Assembly: GCA_918797485.1 (NCBI GenBank)
Contig: CAKKNE010000002.1
Span: forward strand, 1,054,001-1,118,000
DNA from: Pelagomonas calceolata
Taxonomy: Eukaryota
DNA: 64,000 bases
Direction: 5' to 3'
A program made the position numbers and the translations under genes. The notes below the pieces were generated by a model that had not been told where the DNA came from, made no database searches, and saw nothing but the letters and a program-made list of their open reading frames with translations. Positions within the stretch are counted from its first letter, which is position 1, and each line of letters begins with the position of its first letter. Positions 59,366 through 64,000 of the stretch are shown in pieces.

Positions 59366-62300
59366 ATGGGCAGGGGCGCGGGCGCCAAGCGACGGGGCCA
59401 CGACGGCTCCCAGACCGAGGGCGAGCGGCGCTACGAGATGCTCGCGGAGTCGCGGAATTTGATGAGGCGCATCGACGCGAAGCTGCAAGACGTCGTGAGT
59501 GGCCCGCCCTCGTTAAAAGGCTCGGACGTCTACGGCCAGCAGATGGACACGTCGGCGGCTTTGAACAGGACCGAGGATTCCCGGAGAGAGCTCGAGGCGC
59601 TGCTGAAGTCCGTCGCGGAGGCCGTGCGGCCGAAGGATGACGAGGATGTTTTGGAGGAGCCCATTGACTTGGAAGTGACGGAGCAGCCCTTTGAGGACGG
59701 GAAGCGAGCCATCGCGAAGGCTAGAGAGGAGCTCCTGGAGGCCGCTTCACGAGCAAAAGAAGACGTGGCGACGGGCAGCTCCTCGCAGCGCCTCAAGGAG
59801 ACATTAATGGAGACGACGGAATCCCTCAAGTCGAAGGAGCGGGCTCTGGCCGACGCGCGGAAACGAGCCAGCGAGCTCAAGAATGAAGCTTCGTTGGAAA
59901 AGAGTTCGGCTGATCAAGCTAGGAAGGCCTTTGCAACTGTCGAAGAGAAACGTTCTTTGAGAGAGGGCCAGTGGCTGGACGTTGTCGAGAAGTACGAAGA
60001 CACGATCGCTAGTCTCGAGGCTGAAAGGGCAGCACTGGACCAGAAGCTAAGAGTGCTGGAGCAGACGTCCCGCGATAAGGATCTCCAAGTGCATCTCGAG
60101 GGCGAAGGGGGCTTTGGCGCCGAGGATTCGAAATACGCCGCATTGCAAGCGGAGATCGACCGGCTGCACGACGAGATCGATCGACTCATGAACGAGCCCG
60201 GGTCCGGCGCGGAGCTCATGAAGCGCAAGTTCCTCGAGGAGCAGCGGCGGCGCGAGGAGCTCGAGGCCAGGCTGCGCGAGTTGGAAGCGCAGAGTCGTTC
60301 AATGAAGGACCAGCTCGCGGCGGAGGCACGGCGCGCCGACGAGCTGAGCGCAAAGCTCATGTTCGCCTCGGCACCGACGGAAGACCCTGCGTTGCAGGCG
60401 CGCCTCCGCGACCTCGAGGCCCAGCTGGCGGCTATTCCACAACCGGAGCCGCCTCCACAAAAGGTCGAGACTATGGAGCGGGGCTCCCTGGCCACGGACC
60501 ACGAGCTGGAGATCTGCGTCTTGCGCAAGGAGAACGCGGATTTAAAGCTGTCGCTCGAGAAGGCGCAGCAGACCCTCGCGAAGGCCCAGAAGGTCCTGAA
60601 GCAGGCGCCCGACGCCGCGGCGGCGGCGGCCAGGGACGAGGAACTCGAGCGTCTGCGGGAAGCGCTGGCGCAGGCGAAGAGAGCCGCCGAGGAGACCGCC
60701 GCCGCGACTCCAGTCGAGGCCCCCACAACCGGCGCCACCACACCAGTCGACGACGACCGCGAGGCGCAGCTCGACGAACTAAGGAAGCTACTCGAGAAAT
60801 CGTCGGACGAGAACAAACAACTCAAGCAGCAATACTCAGAAGAGCTAGAATTAGAACGCAAGCGCGCCAAGGCGCGGGAGACGGCCGCGATGCGCGCGCA
60901 TCAAAAACTAATCGCGGAGCTCGAGCACCGCGCCAAGCTCGCCGAGAAGGAGTCCAGCAACGCGACGGCTTTGTCTGAGGCTCTACGCGGGGAAGTGTCG
61001 CATTTATCGACACGGTTGACGAAAGGTACTGATCTCCTAGAGAACGTCCTCGAGGACGACGATTTCGAGCGACGGCCCATCGAGGTCTTCCTGGACGAGG
61101 CCGACCGGTTGCGGAAGGCGAAGACGTCTCAGAGGTTGGAGAAGGCGGAGCGGTCTCTCCAAAGGGCGACGATGCGCAAGACTAATCTAGCTGCTGTTTT
61201 TGCATCTAGATTAGCTAAAAAAGCTCGCGTGTCGTTTGATGATGCCGCTGCTGGCTTAGAAGAGGAGGATCCCGAAGTCGCTAAGAGACGGCGGATTCGC
61301 GAGGCTATATTGTTGTTTGCCGTTCGATTGAAAAGGATGCAGGATCTCGCCGAGGAGACTGGGGAGAAGATGGCGGACATCATGGACTGCGGCGCGCCGC
61401 CTGTTAAGGAGGAGCCGGAGGTCGTACCCAAGGAGCCTGTTGTCGAGCCGCCGCCCGAGGAGGCGCGGCCGACGACGCCCGCTTCCACTGGTAGCAAGGC
61501 CCCGCCGAACACGCCCTTCCCGGCCGTCGAAAGTAGCGATCCGGAGCTGCGAGAGCGGCTCGGCGACCTCGAGGAGCAGCTGCGCGGCGCGGCGGCGGCG
61601 CGCGAGGATCTCGAGCGGGAGCTGGCGGAGGCGCGCAGCGCGAAGGATTCATTAACAGCGGACTACGAGGCGCGGCTCGCGGAGGCGCAAAGCATGTATG
61701 ATGCGCTCGTCGCGGACCACGAGGCGGCGGCGCGCGGCGCGGCGGACCGCGCCGACGCCGACCTCGCGTGCGTCCGGGCGAAGGACCACTTTCTACAATC
61801 GTGCGAGGACGCGGCGGCGGCGGCCGCGGCGGCGGCGCACGAGCGCGACGCCGCGCTCGCGGAAGCGCGCACCGCGGCGGCGCGCGCCGAGGAGCGCGCG
61901 CGCGCGGCGCTGGGGAACGTCGAGGGCGCGGCGGGCGCGCGCCTCGCCGAGCTCGAGGACCTCGTCGCGTCCTATGATTTGAGGTTCGGGGCGGAGGCGG
62001 CCGTCGTGCGCGCCAAGGACGGCGAGCTGGCGCGGCTGGCTCCATTATTATCTCGGGCGGCCGCCGAGGCCGTCGTCGTGGACGCCAAGGACGCGGAACT
62101 AAAACGTGCTGGTGCTGCGCTGGCCGAAGCGCGGAGCGACGCGGACAAAGCGGCTGAAGAGCTCGGGAAAGCGCGCGACGCCGCCGCTCGGAGCGAAGAC
62201 GCGACGGAACCCGAGGCGGCCGCGCCCGACACCAGGGACGAGGAACTCGCGCGGCTGCGGGCGGAGCTCGCCGACGCGCGCGGGCGGGAAGCTACCGAAA

Positions 62301-64000
62301 CCACTGCCGCCGAGGCGACGGACTCCGCCGAGGAGCCGCCGGTGCCTCCATTGGTAAGCCGCGCGCCGCGCGACCTCAGGGGGGACCTCGTCGCGTCGGT
62401 CCGGTCGCTGGGCTCGCCGCGGCGCGACCCCGCGGCGGAGGCCGCGGCGATCGCCGCGGCCGTGCGCGTCGCGCGCGCGGCGAGCCGGCGCATCAAGTCG
62501 CACGGCGACGAGCCCGACGACGCGCCGGCGCCCGTGGCGGCGCCCGCCGCCGATGGCACGGACGGCGAGCCGTCGGCGCTACGTCTCGCCGTCGCCGCCA
62601 GGGCCGAGGCGAGCCGCATCAGGGCCGACGCCGAGGCCGAGGCGGCGCGCATCGTCGACGCCGCGACCGCCGAGGCGGCGCGCATCACCGGAGACGCGGC
62701 GGCTCTGATGAGACGCGAGGCCGTCGAGGCGCGGGACGGCCCGTCCGAGGAGTTGACCGACGCCGCGGCTGAGGCCAAGCGTTTACTTTCCGAGGCCGAG
62801 GCCGAGGCGACACGCGTCAAGACCGAGGCCGCGGAGGCCGCCGCGCGCATCCGGGCCGAGGCCGCCGCCACTGGCGGCGGCGACCCCGCCGCCGTCGAGG
62901 CCGCCGTCGCCGAAGCTTTAGCGGCCGCCGTGCCCGAGGCGGTGCGGACGGCGCTCGCGGCGAACGACGCCGCGCACCGCGAGGAGGCCGAGGCCCTGGC
63001 GCGGCGCGTCCAGGCGAAGCTCGAAGCATTAAAGAAGCTGACGCGGGCCCTCGCGAAGCTACGGATGCAGGTTTCTCAGGAAGCGGCGCCGGAGGAGACA
63101 ACTTCCATAAAATGTTCCGCGGACGCGAAGACGGCGCTGTTCCGGTCGTCGGACGCCTGGGCCGCGGCCATGGAGGCCATCGAGCCCTCGATTGCTGCTT
63201 TACTAGATTCCTTAGCCGCGGCGGCGCGGGAGAACGACGAAGACCGAGTATCTTCCTTAAAAGCGGCCCTCGCCGAGCAGGACGTGGCGGAGCTAGGGAG
63301 AGCCCTCGCGAGGTTGCGCGACGGTCGCTGGGCGCAGGCGCCGGGCAACCCTGACGGTACGCAGTGGGACGTGGAATTCCGGGATACGTTCAGCGATGCC
63401 AAAGAAGGCAGAAAGGACGAGCGCATGGTCTGGCGGCCGCGCATCCCTGCTGTTAAGAACGACGGCCCGCGCGAGGTGGCCCTTGTAGAAGCTCTTGCTA
63501 AACAGCCGCTCGGGGAACTAGCCGCGGCGGCGAGCGTCGAGTACAAGAAGCTCGTGGCGCAGTGCGCGTCGGCGGAAACGTCGCGAAGAGATAAGATCGA
63601 CGTCGCCGACGATTTGAGGTTGGGTTGCCGGAGCTACCACGCGTTGCGGGACGCCGTCGACGCGGTCGGTGGGTGGGCTGCAGCAATATTAACTGAAGAC
63701 GGCACGCCCGACGACGCAATCGAATTGGACACGTGGCCCTGTGATGATCGGGCGAGGATGCAGCATGTATTGTTAGAGCATTTACGGGGCGAGACGAGTC
63801 GTCTCGAGGAGAAGGCCCGGGAAACATCTAGGAAGCTACGGGAAGCTAGGGGCGCGTCGCACGCCCAGGCCGACGAATTGGTCTCCAATAAACTAAGGAA
63901 GGCCCTGGCGCGGGAGGCCGACCGCATCTCCCAAGCGGCGGTGGCCGCGGAGAGAGCTAGAGTGGCTTCGGAGTTTGGGGTTCATACACTGCCAGAAATC
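59366..64000 (+). CDS. Giant coiled-coil protein, 3' end beyond the window
   Basis: ATG 59366 (MGRGAGAKRR...). Spot checks at about 60002, 61022, 62042, 63062 and 63962 all read as coding in the same frame with A/E/R heptads. Absent from the ORF track, consistent with no stop before the window edge. Confidence 0.8.
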   Translation, partial: MGRGAGAKRRGHDGSQTEGERRYEMLAESRNLMRRIDAKLQDVVSGPPSLKGSDVYGQQMDTSAALNRTEDSRRELEALLKSVAEAVRPKDDEDVLEEPIDLEVTEQPFEDGKRAIAKAREELLEAASRAKEDVATGSSSQRLKETLMETTESLKSKERALADARKRASELKNEASLEKSSADQARKAFATVEEKRSLREGQWLDVVEKYEDTIASLEAERAALDQKLRVLEQTSRDKDLQVHLEGEGGFGAEDSKYAALQAEIDRLHDEIDRLMNEPGSGAELMKRKFLEEQRRREELEARLRELEAQSRSMKDQLAAEARRADELSAKLMFASAPTEDPALQARLRDLEAQLAAIPQPEPPPQKVETMERGSLATDHELEICVLRKENADLKLSLEKAQQTLAKAQKVLKQAPDAAAAAARDEELERLREALAQAKRAAEETAAATPVEAPTTGATTPVDDDREAQLDELRKLLEKSSDENKQLKQQYSEELELERKRAKARETAAMRAHQKLIAELEHRAKLAEKESSNATALSEALRGEVSHLSTRLTKGTDLLENVLEDDDFERRPIEVFLDEADRLRKAKTSQRLEKAERSLQRATMRKTNLAAVFASRLAKKARVSFDDAAAGLEEEDPEVAKRRRIREAILLFAVRLKRMQDLAEETGEKMADIMDCGAPPVKEEPEVVPKEPVVEPPPEEARPTTPASTGSKAPPNTPFPAVESSDPELRERLGDLEEQLRGAAAAREDLERELAEARSAKDSLTADYEARLAEAQSMYDALVADHEAAARGAADRADADLACVRAKDHFLQSCEDAAAAAAAAAHERDAALAEARTAAARAEERARAALGNVEGAAGARLAELEDLVASYDLRFGAEAAVVRAKDGELARLAPLLSRAAAEAVVVDAKDAELKRAGAALAEARSDADKAAEELGKARDAAARSEDATEPEAAAPDTRDEELARLRAELADARGREATETTAAEATDSAEEPPVPPLVSRAPRDLRGDLVASVRSLGSPRRDPAAEAAAIAAAVRVARAASRRIKSHGDEPDDAPAPVAAPAADGTDGEPSALRLAVAARAEASRIRADAEAEAARIVDAATAEAARITGDAAALMRREAVEARDGPSEELTDAAAEAKRLLSEAEAEATRVKTEAAEAAARIRAEAAATGGGDPAAVEAAVAEALAAAVPEAVRTALAANDAAHREEAEALARRVQAKLEALKKLTRALAKLRMQVSQEAAPEETTSIKCSADAKTALFRSSDAWAAAMEAIEPSIAALLDSLAAAARENDEDRVSSLKAALAEQDVAELGRALARLRDGRWAQAPGNPDGTQWDVEFRDTFSDAKEGRKDERMVWRPRIPAVKNDGPREVALVEALAKQPLGELAAAASVEYKKLVAQCASAETSRRDKIDVADDLRLGCRSYHALRDAVDAVGGWAAAILTEDGTPDDAIELDTWPCDDRARMQHVLLEHLRGETSRLEEKARETSRKLREARGASHAQADELVSNKLRKALAREADRISQAAVAAERARVASEFGVHTLPEI

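Noticed and set aside
59170..59640. 156-aa ORF as a separate gene
   Set aside because: It overlaps the long coiled-coil CDS out of frame and has shadow-ORF composition. It could at most be an upstream ORF.
1..64000. tRNA, rRNA, autonomous transposase or viral genes
   Set aside because: None recognised by eye. A covariance-model or HMM search would be needed to exclude small RNAs.

Overview
Gene-dense, GC-rich eukaryotic nuclear DNA. It is most likely from a pelagophyte alga (Pelagomonas/Aureococcus-like), inferred from signal-peptide-plus-transit presequences, scarce introns and introner-type elements. About 35 protein-coding loci are present. They include an FKBP PPIase, a sulfotransferase, MgtE, organellar MetRS, DUF1499, PDCD4-like, an M3 peptidase fusion, LSM5, PCYT2, NHP2, a CDP-alcohol phosphotransferase, phosducin-like, eIF3i, ALDH, AlkB-like, fructosamine kinase, two C-type-lectin receptors and two giant coiled-coil proteins. 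All nine introns I could resolve are introner-like: the clear ones have CTGTGTGGAAATC...GATTTCCACACAG inverted ends and an 8-bp target duplication that supplies the GT/GC donor. The most unusual signals are four. (1) A 22-25 bp quasi-palindromic motif GCTAGCGGCMTGTAAGACACTAGC lies upstream of most start codons and was not seen at convergent junctions, and a second, strand-oriented motif cassette follows stop codons at head-to-tail junctions. (2) Two independent gene pairs have overlapping stop and start codons (TGATG, ATGATG), like translationally coupled bicistrons. (3) Several proteins have odd domain fusions: UBA-M3 peptidase-MBD-Tudor, Tudor-TET/JBP-like, and PDZ-EF-hand-galectin with an inserted Tudor. 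(4) A tandem pair of lectin receptors carries near-identical modules in swapped order. All calls were made by eye, without database searches.
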